This document shows positions 1-8,577 of a stretch of 64,000 nt of DNA, one piece after another. A model generated the notes under the pieces. The model was given only the letters and a program-made list of their open reading frames with translations. It had not been told where the DNA came from and did not search any database. Positions within the stretch are counted from its first letter, which is position 1; each line of letters starts with the position of its first letter. The stretch lies in the IMG/VR virus record IMGVR_UViG_3300002220_000035, positions 5,499-69,498 of that record; one strand, 5' to 3'. The translations under genes and the position numbers were made by a program. This stretch comes from a virus. Lineage: Duplodnaviria > Caudoviricetes.

Positions 1-936
1 CCGGACTCGGACGGCCCGTTCCCGAGCATCATCATTGTGCGGGACCCGACCACGCCAAAACCATCAGGAAAGCCGGGATGTCTCCCGATAATCAACCTCA
101 TCACCAACTACAATTATGCGGATAAGGCATGGAACCAGAAGATGAACCGGATCGCATCGCCGATCCTGATGCTGCAGATCACCAGTGCCCTGACCACAAA
201 GATCGAGGAGTATGCGAAGAACGTTGTCCAGAAGTGGGGCAAGGACACGGGGTTCCTTCTCACGAAAGACATGATGCCGGTGGATCCACACCTGGTAGAA
301 TCAACCACCGCAGAGGAACGGCTCGCCTGGCTCAAGAAACTGGTCGATGGGTTCTACAACCCCGCCACGTTTGTGAAGAAAGACGGCAACTCGATCGGAG
401 GATCTGACAGCGGGGCTACAAGCCTGGTGAACAAGAGGACCGTTTCGACCCTATCCCAGCTGGAAAGCGGTCTCGGAGAAAAAGCCCTACAGATATGGCT
501 TGATGTAAATGGGTATGTCGGGTATTCTGCAGAAGTCCGGTACCCGCGCCCGGAGACACAGGACGACACGCAAACCCTTGCCGAGATCACCGAGGCCAAC
601 AAGAACGGCCAGATCTCCCGTGCCGAGGCCCGGCAGAAATACCCGAACCTGGACCTGCCGGAACTCACTCCTGAAGAAGAGGCCAAGATGGATGCAGAAT
701 TTACCGCCCGCAAGCCGGCGCCAATTCAGTTCGGAGGATTCGGAGGGCAGCAGTCCCAGGAACCTGACGGCAATCCCCCGGGCAGTCCGATCGGCAACCT
801 GCAGCAGCGACCGCTTCACACCGAATCAACGCAGGCCTTCCGTGAGACCGAGGCCTCGCTCATCGCGGCCCGAAAGAAGTTCGCAACGGAAATCCTGGAC
901 GGCCTTGAGAAAACATACCCGATGAAAGAGGCATAA
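1..936 (+). CDS. Portal protein, 5'-truncated by the window edge
   Basis: Frame open from base 1; FYNPATFVKKDGNSIGGS aligns with FFTPAGLIQKDGGTLIGGS of the provirus 2 portal that follows TerL. Confidence 0.8.
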   Translation, partial: PDSDGPFPSIIIVRDPTTPKPSGKPGCLPIINLITNYNYADKAWNQKMNRIASPILMLQITSALTTKIEEYAKNVVQKWGKDTGFLLTKDMMPVDPHLVESTTAEERLAWLKKLVDGFYNPATFVKKDGNSIGGSDSGATSLVNKRTVSTLSQLESGLGEKALQIWLDVNGYVGYSAEVRYPRPETQDDTQTLAEITEANKNGQISRAEARQKYPNLDLPELTPEEEAKMDAEFTARKPAPIQFGGFGGQQSQEPDGNPPGSPIGNLQQRPLHTESTQAFRETEASLIAARKKFATEILDGLEKTYPMKEA

Positions 937-937
937 C

Positions 938-1573
938 GTGGTCCCACCACCGGAAGCACTTGACCACATCATCTCATTCGCAGCGGAGTCCCTGAAGACC
1001 GACACGATCAAGGCCCTGACCGAAGGGGCCGTCATGTCGAGTATCGAAGGGCAGGAATATGCCGCATCGGGCGTAGGGGCCAGCTTCAATTTCAATCTCG
1101 TCAACTCATACGCGATCCGAAAGGCCCGGGAATATCGGGACCTCCTTGTCAACAAAGGCGGGTCCATGATCAATGGTGAGTTCAAACCATGGCTCGACGA
1201 CATGATCGCAACGGATCGGCAGGCTGTCACAGATATCGTGACAAAAGGCATCGAATCCGGAAAGCCATTGCGGGATCTCCGCAAGGACCTCGATCAGGTC
1301 TTTGTCCAGGGCGAGCACAACAGCGCTCTGGTCGCATACCAGGAAACCCGACGGCTGCTGAACGATGGAACGAAGCAGAGATGGTCGGACGAGGGTATCC
1401 GGCAGGCCATCTTCCACCACCTTGATCCGCAGCTGGACCCGCGGCCCGAGCATCAGGCCATGAATGGCCGAGTCGTGGAGATCGATGATCCTGATATACA
1501 GGCGATGCTGAACGATTACAACTGTCACTGTTGGCTGGAGCCCATTATTGCCGGCACACCCGGAGGTGACTGA
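938..1573 (+). CDS. Head morphogenesis/minor head protein (SPP1 gp7/Mu gpF-like)
   Basis: Follows portal; C-terminal RPEH..MNG...YNCHCWLEP motif typical of the family. Confidence 0.8.
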   Translation: MVPPPEALDHIISFAAESLKTDTIKALTEGAVMSSIEGQEYAASGVGASFNFNLVNSYAIRKAREYRDLLVNKGGSMINGEFKPWLDDMIATDRQAVTDIVTKGIESGKPLRDLRKDLDQVFVQGEHNSALVAYQETRRLLNDGTKQRWSDEGIRQAIFHHLDPQLDPRPEHQAMNGRVVEIDDPDIQAMLNDYNCHCWLEPIIAGTPGGD

Positions 1574-1788
1574 TGTTCGAGGTCCCCCTTGGTGATAAGG
1601 AGAAATTGTATATTGCACAGTTTCCCGAGCTCTCGCATGGGGAAGTTGCTCGAAGTCTCCGGCAACTCTATAAAAAAATCAATAATGGCAAGCGATCCCG
1701 CATATGCGTGTACCTGTTCCGGCAGACCGAAGAGTACCGGAAATTGCAAAAAAAGATAGAGAAGAACCAGAAATCACCACTCTTTTAA
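1573..1788 (+). CDS. Small HTH-like protein, homolog of 43803-44099
   Basis: PLGDKEKLYI...VARSL...INNGKRS vs PLAPEEKEYI...IAYDL...INGGFRK; same gene position in both viruses. Confidence 0.55.
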   Translation: MFEVPLGDKEKLYIAQFPELSHGEVARSLRQLYKKINNGKRSRICVYLFRQTEEYRKLQKKIEKNQKSPLF

Positions 1789-1829
1789 GCAAAATACCCG
1801 TAATAATCACTCCGTTTGCGAATTCGTGG

Positions 1830-1838
1830 TTATATAAA
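1830..1838 (+). promoter_or_regulatory. Archaeal TATA box of the capsid operon
   Basis: TTATATAAA about 26-34 nt upstream of ATG 1864. Confidence 0.65.
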
Positions 1839-1863
1839 AGGGACTCGAACGCCAATATGTACA

Positions 1864-2910
1864 ATGCCTGAAAGCAGCGACATTACCAGCCCAATTGACA
1901 ACGAAGGCACCTTTTCTCATTCGTCGCATGATGTAGACCTCCAGAGGCTCGACATCAACCTGCCCTATCCCGGCACTGCTTCAGGCAAACTGAAGTACGC
2001 AATCGACAATTTTGCCGGGACGGAAAGCGATTGGGACAAGGCCCTCGCGGTCTATGTGCCTAAAGGCGTGCCGATTCAGCACGTCGACCATGCTGCATTC
2101 GCCCGTGATCCTCATGGTGAGGCGCGGCGGCTTGGGTTCCGGATCGCCGGTCACCACGAAAACACAAGGGTGATCGTAGGATCCGGAGAACCACGGCTAT
2201 CCTCGAAAGCGGTTTTCACCGACCCGGAAGTTGACAAGTACGCCCGCGAGGGTGTACTGTCAATCTCCACGGGCCTGGATGCAATGATCTTACCGGAAGG
2301 TTCAATCGCCGGGAAGGCCCGGCCGAACCACGTCCTGTATTTCCATCGCAACGAGAAGACCGTTTCAGGATCCCCCGCAACCCCGAACGATCTCGGGGCT
2401 CGCGTGAACAACTTATCGGAGAACAACATGGCAGACGATGACGTCAAGGGGCTCACCCAGTCCGTCAAGGACCTGGTCGGCCTCCACAAGGAAAACCCGC
2501 TGCAGAAGACCGTGGACAATCTCACGGCAGAATCGGCAGCGAAGGATGCACAGATTACCGCTCTGAAGACAGAGAACGAGGCCCTGAAGACCGCAAAGAC
2601 GGCCCTGGACAACCTCATGGCAGAGCAGGCAACAAAGGCGAAGGATGCCGAATGGCAGGAAGTCAAGAACCTCCACCAGCCGGGCCTTTTCCACAAGGAG
2701 AAGGAAGCCGTCGAGCGTGCAGCCTACGATGCGAACCCCGCAAGGTGGCTCATGGCCCATGTCGGCAACCTCCAGACCGTCAAGGCAAAACCCGCACAGG
2801 GAGCTGCAGCGGTAGGGAATCTCGATGACGAGACCACACCCTTCGATGTAGGGGCTGCCCGAGGCAAGCTGAACCCGAAGACCGGGGAGTTTGAAGGAGG
2901 TGCACAGTAA
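1864..2910 (+). CDS. Capsid maturation protease/scaffold fusion
   Basis: Upstream of capsid genes; LSISTG...PNHVLYF matches LSHSSG...PNHILEF in 44596-46212; coiled-coil C-terminal half. Confidence 0.65.
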   Translation: MPESSDITSPIDNEGTFSHSSHDVDLQRLDINLPYPGTASGKLKYAIDNFAGTESDWDKALAVYVPKGVPIQHVDHAAFARDPHGEARRLGFRIAGHHENTRVIVGSGEPRLSSKAVFTDPEVDKYAREGVLSISTGLDAMILPEGSIAGKARPNHVLYFHRNEKTVSGSPATPNDLGARVNNLSENNMADDDVKGLTQSVKDLVGLHKENPLQKTVDNLTAESAAKDAQITALKTENEALKTAKTALDNLMAEQATKAKDAEWQEVKNLHQPGLFHKEKEAVERAAYDANPARWLMAHVGNLQTVKAKPAQGAAAVGNLDDETTPFDVGAARGKLNPKTGEFEGGAQ

Positions 2911-3389
2911 TGGCATCCGACAAGCTCTTCCGGAAACCCCTGCTCGATGTCGTCCAGGGAGATCTCCTCGGCCCGATGTTCGGGATTGTGGGTGCGAATG
3001 CAACTGCAGCCAAGATGATCCCGGGCACGGTTGTGTGTTTCGATACCAACGACAATGAAGTCAAGGAATGCGGAGCACAGGACGTCTCCGGTAACACCGC
3101 GGCCCCGCTCGGGATTCTCGGTTATGAGGCCTCGCCGCTGGCATTCAAGCCGGCAACCAGGGACACAGCATATGCCCTCGGGGATCATGTGGCAATCCAC
3201 AACACTCCGGGCATGCGGTTCCGTGGACGACTCGCGACCGGGCAGACGGTTGTCCCCGGCACCAAGCTCAAGGTAGCAGCTGACGGTCTCTTCACACCGG
3301 TGACCGCAGTGACGGACGCTTACTTTGCGTCTGCAATTGAAGGACTCACTTCCAGCGGTACTACCGCTTGCTGGATGGAGTGGGTATAA
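2910..3389 (+). CDS. Capsid cement/decoration protein
   Basis: Small Gly/Ala/Thr-rich beta-type protein between scaffold and major capsid protein. Confidence 0.55.
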   Translation: MASDKLFRKPLLDVVQGDLLGPMFGIVGANATAAKMIPGTVVCFDTNDNEVKECGAQDVSGNTAAPLGILGYEASPLAFKPATRDTAYALGDHVAIHNTPGMRFRGRLATGQTVVPGTKLKVAADGLFTPVTAVTDAYFASAIEGLTSSGTTACWMEWV

Positions 3390-3391
3390 TC

Positions 3392-4276
3392 ATGTCAAAC
3401 GAACTCTACCTCCTACAGCGCCAGTTCGACAAATCCATTGTCCCGGTCCTGCGCGAAACTCCGAGCGGCATGTCGCTCCTGCCTCTGAACACCGATTACC
3501 GCGGGCTCGGCAAATCTTCGGTCCGTATCGCCGGGTATAAGACCCGGTCCGGTGCCAAGATCGGCTTCGAGATCATGAAAACCGCAGGTGATGGCGTAGA
3601 CCTGGACGGCTTCGACACTAAGATTGCAGTCATCCAGGATGATGCAACCATCAAGCGGACCGACTGGGAAGCATATGTCGAGAACGGCATCCCCATCAGC
3701 AGCGATATTGCCCTCGACATGATGGGCAACGTCCAGGCTGTCATCGACGACCTGATCTATCAGGGATACGTTGGCGACGGCACGGTCTACGATATCAAGG
3801 GTCTCTACCAGGTTGCAGGCACCGCAACAACCGGCGCCGTCACCAGCACGTTCGGCAACCTGCTGATCTCGGTCAACACCGCGATCGCCAACCTCGAAAC
3901 CGCAGGCATCTATTCCCCGGGATGGGTCTGTGCACTGAACCCGGCGAACTATGCCGAGTCCGCATCGCAGATCAACTCCGGCGTCGTCGAAATGTCCGAA
4001 GTCCTCAAGGCGCTCGGCTCCGGCGGGCGTGTTGTCAAGAACAGCCGTGTCACGGCCAACTATGGCCTCGTGTTCCCGGCCCCGCTCGATGTCAACCGCA
4101 AGTTCTTCGATATCGTGGAGACGGTCCCGCCCATGCATGACGTCTACTTCAAGGACAACAGCAAGACGTCCGACATCGGGGTCAGGCTCATCACCCGCAT
4201 TGGTCTCCGGTTCAAGCACCAGAGCTCGTCCGGCACCGGTACCGATATCGCGGTCAGCAAAATCTCTGGTCTGTGA
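3392..4276 (+). CDS. Major capsid protein, HK97 fold, encapsulin/Linocin-M18-like
   Basis: 294 aa, position, DDLIYQG.....IKGL motif typical of encapsulin-like capsid proteins. Confidence 0.75.
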   Translation: MSNELYLLQRQFDKSIVPVLRETPSGMSLLPLNTDYRGLGKSSVRIAGYKTRSGAKIGFEIMKTAGDGVDLDGFDTKIAVIQDDATIKRTDWEAYVENGIPISSDIALDMMGNVQAVIDDLIYQGYVGDGTVYDIKGLYQVAGTATTGAVTSTFGNLLISVNTAIANLETAGIYSPGWVCALNPANYAESASQINSGVVEMSEVLKALGSGGRVVKNSRVTANYGLVFPAPLDVNRKFFDIVETVPPMHDVYFKDNSKTSDIGVRLITRIGLRFKHQSSSGTGTDIAVSKISGL

Positions 4277-4288
4277 GGTAGATCCCTC

Positions 4289-4513
4289 ATGACCAAATTA
4301 ATTTGCAAGGTCCAGCGGCTCTTCCTCAAAGAATCGGAACGTCCCCCCATTAAGGAAGGGGAGGTTTTTGAGGTCGATGAGAAGACCGCTGAACAGTACG
4401 TCCTCGGTGGAATCGCTAAACCCGTTTCGGCGGAGGAACCCCGCGCCAAGCCGCAGACAGAGACCCCTCCAGAGGAGACCGAAAAGACCGATACCGGAAA
4501 GAAGAAGCGGTGA
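4289..4513 (+). CDS. Small capsid-adjacent protein
   Basis: GEVFEVDEKTAEQYVLGGIAKPV motif common just downstream of capsid genes. Confidence 0.55.
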   Translation: MTKLICKVQRLFLKESERPPIKEGEVFEVDEKTAEQYVLGGIAKPVSAEEPRAKPQTETPPEETEKTDTGKKKR

Positions 4514-4516
4514 GCA

Positions 4517-5116
4517 ATGGCAGACGCCATCCCGCAGCCCCTCAACTTCGTGATGCCGGACGGCACAACCCGGCGATGGGACCCGGCGAACGAGCCGAAG
4601 CCATCATGGATCGGTAACGACAGCCGGGACCATTTCCTCTACAACTGTTATTCTCACCCCCTGGGAAAATTCTTCCAGGATGTGATCAAGGGCCGGATCG
4701 TTTCGATGATCCGGTGGGTCCATGATAGCGGGATCCCGCGGTATGACAAGGAAGCCTTTGTTTTCGATGACCCGCGGCTGCAGCTGCTGAACCAGATTAT
4801 TACCGATGCAATCGAGGAACAGATTCAGGATTCTGACAAGGACCGGAAGCAGAAGATCCTCTCGGACTGCAGGGACATAGGTCTCTTCATGCTGAAAGAG
4901 GACATCTTCTATCGCCCACGCATCCTGCAGGCAATTGTCTCAGCGTCAAAAAAGGTTATCGAGAACGAAGCCAGCCTAACGAGTCTCACGGACACCGAGG
5001 CCCGCAACCTCGCGCAGTTCGGATGCCTCGATGGCAAGTCACACCCGGAAGATTTCTCCGACCTCCCAATGGAAGAGCGGATGAAACTACCGAAGCACTG
5101 GACGGGGTTACCATGA
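4517..5116 (+). CDS. Hypothetical protein in neck module
   Basis: 199-aa ORF tightly coupled to its neighbours. Confidence 0.6.
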   Translation: MADAIPQPLNFVMPDGTTRRWDPANEPKPSWIGNDSRDHFLYNCYSHPLGKFFQDVIKGRIVSMIRWVHDSGIPRYDKEAFVFDDPRLQLLNQIITDAIEEQIQDSDKDRKQKILSDCRDIGLFMLKEDIFYRPRILQAIVSASKKVIENEASLTSLTDTEARNLAQFGCLDGKSHPEDFSDLPMEERMKLPKHWTGLP

Positions 5117-5568
5117 CGACCTTCGACACTGATGCAAACGTCAAGACCGAGGTCCAGGACATCAGCACATACACGATCGGGACCACAGGCACGATTACTG
5201 ACACAACATTTGGGATCTTCCTTACCAAGGCAAAAGCCCGGGTCACTCTTGACGACCCCGGGTTCACTCTGCAGCAATGCACCGAGGCCGTTGCCCTTCT
5301 CATCTGTCACCAGATCGCCCGGAAGAAAGGCCAGACTGGGAAAACCAGCTTATCGATTGGGAAATATTCCTACTCGAAGAAGCTGGCGAGCGGCCTGACT
5401 TCCTGGATGGACGACTACCTGGCAGCGGTCGCAGCGGTCCGGGGCGCGGAGATCGATGTTGATCAGATCAGTACGGCTGGCATCACCCGCGACGATGCGA
5501 ATATGAACGGTCTCGGGCTCGACCAGAGCATCCCCTACGATATCAACGACGAGGAACGAAATGGCTGA
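5113..5568 (+). CDS. Head-tail adaptor
   Basis: Position; C-terminal TRDDA...LDQ shared with 48515-48958 (RRSDA...LDQ). Confidence 0.6.
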   Translation: MTTFDTDANVKTEVQDISTYTIGTTGTITDTTFGIFLTKAKARVTLDDPGFTLQQCTEAVALLICHQIARKKGQTGKTSLSIGKYSYSKKLASGLTSWMDDYLAAVAAVRGAEIDVDQISTAGITRDDANMNGLGLDQSIPYDINDEERNG

Positions 5569-5815
5569 AGAATACGTGACCGCAGGAGAATGCAAACTTC
5601 GCGGAGAACTCTACAATGAGAAACTCAAGTCTCTCGATTGTGAGATTGAAGGAATCAAAGAACAGCAGCGGGGAATCCGCGAGGACATCAAAGGTGTCCG
5701 GGACCTCCAGATAACCATCCTGTACGCCATCATAGGACTTGCCGGAGCCTCCGTACTGACCCTCATTGGAGTTGTTGCGGGGCGTGCGATCGATTTCGGG
5801 GTGTTCTTCCCATGA
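5561..5815 (+). CDS. Coiled-coil plus single transmembrane protein (XhlA-like)
   Basis: Heptad-like N-terminus and hydrophobic C-terminal helix; counterpart at 49512-49934. Confidence 0.55.
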   Translation: MAEEYVTAGECKLRGELYNEKLKSLDCEIEGIKEQQRGIREDIKGVRDLQITILYAIIGLAGASVLTLIGVVAGRAIDFGVFFP

Positions 5816-5827
5816 TCAGGAGGTCTG

Positions 5828-6151
5828 ATGGGCGAACTTGATGAGGTCCTCAACCAGAGCGTGACGATCGAGCCGTTCGTATCCCAGGATGTGAACGGGG
5901 ATTTCACGTACGGTACCGGTGTCGCATACAAAGCCATGGTCCAGCGCCGGATCAAGATTGTCCGCACAATGCAGGGGGTCGAGGCCGTGAGCACTGCCTC
6001 AATCCTTATGGATGGCACTGTATCAGCAGCCCTCAACCCCTTCGGAAGGGATCGAATCACACTGCCTGATGGTACCCAACCCCTCATCATGGCGATCGAG
6101 GACGGGCAGGATGACCAGGGCAACGTGATCTATGTGGAGGTCAGCACCTGA
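5828..6151 (+). CDS. Head-closure (stopper) protein
   Basis: About 107-aa beta-rich protein in the neck position. Confidence 0.6.
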   Translation: MGELDEVLNQSVTIEPFVSQDVNGDFTYGTGVAYKAMVQRRIKIVRTMQGVEAVSTASILMDGTVSAALNPFGRDRITLPDGTQPLIMAIEDGQDDQGNVIYVEVST

Positions 6152-6675
6152 TGACCTTCGAGATCTCGTCCGATGTCACAGCCGGCCTCGCCCAGATGGA
6201 GAGGTGGAACCTTGGCGGTGCTAAGGTGGAGCTCTCCGGCACCAAGGAAGTGATGGAGAACCTCTCTCACATCCTGGTCGTCGCGGAGGACCGTGCCATG
6301 GCCAGGCTGAAAGTGAACTGCGAGCGTATCCTTGCAGAATCCCAGAAGGAAGTCCCTGTCGATATGACCTACGAGACCCGGTACACCAACAAGTACACCT
6401 TCAAGGGGATCCAGCTGACAAAGACCCAGAGGATCAAGCGTCGCGGCAGGATGAAAGGAGGTCTTCTCAAGTCCACCGGAACGGTTGAAGACGGTGCCGA
6501 CGGCCAATCATTTCAGATCGGCTACAACACACCCTACGCACACCGGCAGCATGAGGACCTGACGTACCGGCATACCCGTCCAGGAGCGAAGGCCAAGTAT
6601 CTGGAGGACCCCGCCATGCGGATCGCCCCGACCATTGCTGCGGATATCGCCGACGCACTCAAGGGGTTCCTATGA
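6151..6675 (+). CDS. HK97 gp10-like neck/tail-completion protein
   Basis: PVD....G.L.S.G...IGYNTPYAHRQHE...H..PGAKAKYL motif. Confidence 0.75.
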   Translation: MTFEISSDVTAGLAQMERWNLGGAKVELSGTKEVMENLSHILVVAEDRAMARLKVNCERILAESQKEVPVDMTYETRYTNKYTFKGIQLTKTQRIKRRGRMKGGLLKSTGTVEDGADGQSFQIGYNTPYAHRQHEDLTYRHTRPGAKAKYLEDPAMRIAPTIAADIADALKGFL

Positions 6676-7088
6676 CCGCAGAGTCGGATATCGCAGTCTA
6701 CCTGGTAGCGAAGGGGCGGGGAACCCTGCCAGCTGCAGGCCCGCCGGTTGTCGTGGGCACAATCTTCGTCAACGAGAAGCCCGCTTCCCCGGACGCCGTG
6801 ATCTGCATCTTCGGATACGCGGGCCAGGCGCCGGAATGGACCAACACCAACAAGTATGACAAACCAAGCGTCCAGGTCCTGGTCCGCGGTGGGAAGAACG
6901 CTGCAGGAGCTGCACGGACATTCATCGAAACCCTCTACAAGGATCTGGATGGAGTGACCAACACGACCATCAATGGCACGTACTACCAGCGGATCGAGGC
7001 GGCCACCTCCGGCCCCTCCCCGTTGGGAAAAGATGAGCTCGGACGTATGGAATACGTCTGGAATTTCTACACATCAAAAACGAGGTAA
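6672..7088 (+). CDS. Tail terminator (minor capsid family)
   Basis: P.VQVLVRG...LGKDELGRMEY.WNF motif. Confidence 0.7.
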   Translation: MTAESDIAVYLVAKGRGTLPAAGPPVVVGTIFVNEKPASPDAVICIFGYAGQAPEWTNTNKYDKPSVQVLVRGGKNAAGAARTFIETLYKDLDGVTNTTINGTYYQRIEAATSGPSPLGKDELGRMEYVWNFYTSKTR

Positions 7089-7093
7089 AAAAC

Positions 7094-7852
7094 ATGGGAG
7101 AACAGGCTGAATCAGCGGCAGGCTACCACGTAATCTGGGGAACCGGTTACATTGGGGAATGCCCTGACCTAAAAATTCCGGATAAGACCCGGAACATGAT
7201 CGAGAACTCCACTCATGACGCCCTTGCGGCGAATGGTGGCCAGGAGACACAGAGCCCGGGAACCATCACTCTCGGGAAGGGCAGCGTCAAGATCTACTAT
7301 ATTGGATCCACCGTCCACGACTCACTCGAAACGGATTTCGATGCAAAAACAGAACGGACTATCTACTTCATCCGTCCCTCCAACGGGGCGCTTGCGGGAA
7401 CCTGCAGGAAGGGAACCGCGATCATCTCAAAGATGGCCGAACCTGTGGACAAAAAAGGACTGATCACCTGGGAAGCGGAAGTAACCATGACTTCGGGTCT
7501 GACCACCATCAAGACCCCGGCAACCGGCCTGTCCACGCCGTTCTTCGTTGTCAGCGATGATGACACCCCTACCCCGAACACGATCACGCCGGTACCTGCA
7601 GCAGCCGCTGCGGTGTATGCCTACGAGGTGGAGCTCTACAGCGACACGGCAACGTTCACGATCACTCCGACCTTCACAGCAGGAACCTGTTATGTGAACG
7701 GGACCTCCGTGGCGACCGGTGTCGCATCCGGTGCCATCACCGCGCCAGCAGCAGGGAAGAAGATGTACCTCCCGGTCGTGCTCTTCGAGACCTCAAAGAC
7801 ACCGAAGATATACCTGCTCATCTGCAAGAAGGGGCCGGTTGCACACCCGTGA
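7094..7852 (+). CDS. Major tail tube protein with C-terminal Ig/cadherin-like domain
   Basis: Position before chaperone and tape measure; Thr/Pro-rich linker followed by a beta-sandwich-like tail. Confidence 0.7.
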   Translation: MGEQAESAAGYHVIWGTGYIGECPDLKIPDKTRNMIENSTHDALAANGGQETQSPGTITLGKGSVKIYYIGSTVHDSLETDFDAKTERTIYFIRPSNGALAGTCRKGTAIISKMAEPVDKKGLITWEAEVTMTSGLTTIKTPATGLSTPFFVVSDDDTPTPNTITPVPAAAAAVYAYEVELYSDTATFTITPTFTAGTCYVNGTSVATGVASGAITAPAAGKKMYLPVVLFETSKTPKIYLLICKKGPVAHP

Positions 7853-7860
7853 GGTGACCC

Positions 7861-8235
7861 ATGACCGACCGATCCGTTCCGATTCAGCTGGACAAACTCC
7901 GGCACCTCCGGTTCACGTTCAACGATATCGCCGACATGCAGGCGGTATCCCCCGGGATTTTTGACAAGGACCTTACCGATTTCTCGGTTGTCCGGACCTA
8001 CCTATGGGGCGGTCTCAGGCATGAAGACAAGGACCTGCAGCCGTGGCCGGCGGGAGAGAAGAAGATCGGCGAGATTATCGAGACTCTCCTCGATGAAGAA
8101 CGGATCACCGTTGCGGACATTGTCCGGAAATGCAACGAGGCGATGGCCGTATCCATGACCATGACCTCCATCCGGAAATCGAACGCCGAGAGGAAAAAGA
8201 CAGAGGGTGAGGCAGGCACCCCCGCAAAAAACTAG
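7861..8235 (+). CDS. Tail assembly chaperone (lambda gpG-like)
   Basis: Between tail tube and tape measure; ends in slippery A AAA AAC TAG. Confidence 0.75.
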   Translation: MTDRSVPIQLDKLRHLRFTFNDIADMQAVSPGIFDKDLTDFSVVRTYLWGGLRHEDKDLQPWPAGEKKIGEIIETLLDEERITVADIVRKCNEAMAVSMTMTSIRKSNAERKKTEGEAGTPAKN

Positions 8236-8269
8236 CGGGCGAGTGGGTCGCCGCGATCGAACCGCTCGC
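8226..8269 (+). other. -1 programmed frameshift signal (slippery heptamer plus stem-loop)
   Basis: A AAA AAC at 8226-8232; stem GCGAGTGG (8239-46)/CCGCTCGC (8262-69); -1 frame open to 8576. Confidence 0.75.
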
Positions 8270-8576
8270 GTATGGGATCTGCAGGATGACACCAGAGCAG
8301 CTCTGGAACAGCACACCTGCAGAATTCCATGCAGTCCTCGCGGCACGAGTCGAGGACCGGGGAAAGCACGACAAGAACATCCTGGAATGCCTGGACACGA
8401 TGAATGCAAAACTCTGCGAGATCGTCGTCAAGGCACCCTACATCAAGGACCCGATAGACCGGGACCCCTCGGAGTTCCATGTCATGGAAAAAGAAAGTGA
8501 GGAACCGCCCCTGGACATGACCCCGGAAGGTATCCAGGAACGGGCATTTACGAGTTTCCAGAAGGTGAGTGGTTGA
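8232..8576 (+). CDS. gpGT-like frameshift extension of the tail chaperone
   Basis: -1 frame reads LAGEWVAAIEPLAYGICRMTPEQLWNSTPAEF, a typical T-extension motif. Confidence 0.7.
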   Translation, partial: LAGEWVAAIEPLAYGICRMTPEQLWNSTPAEFHAVLAARVEDRGKHDKNILECLDTMNAKLCEIVVKAPYIKDPIDRDPSEFHVMEKESEEPPLDMTPEGIQERAFTSFQKVSG

Positions 8577-8577
8577 A

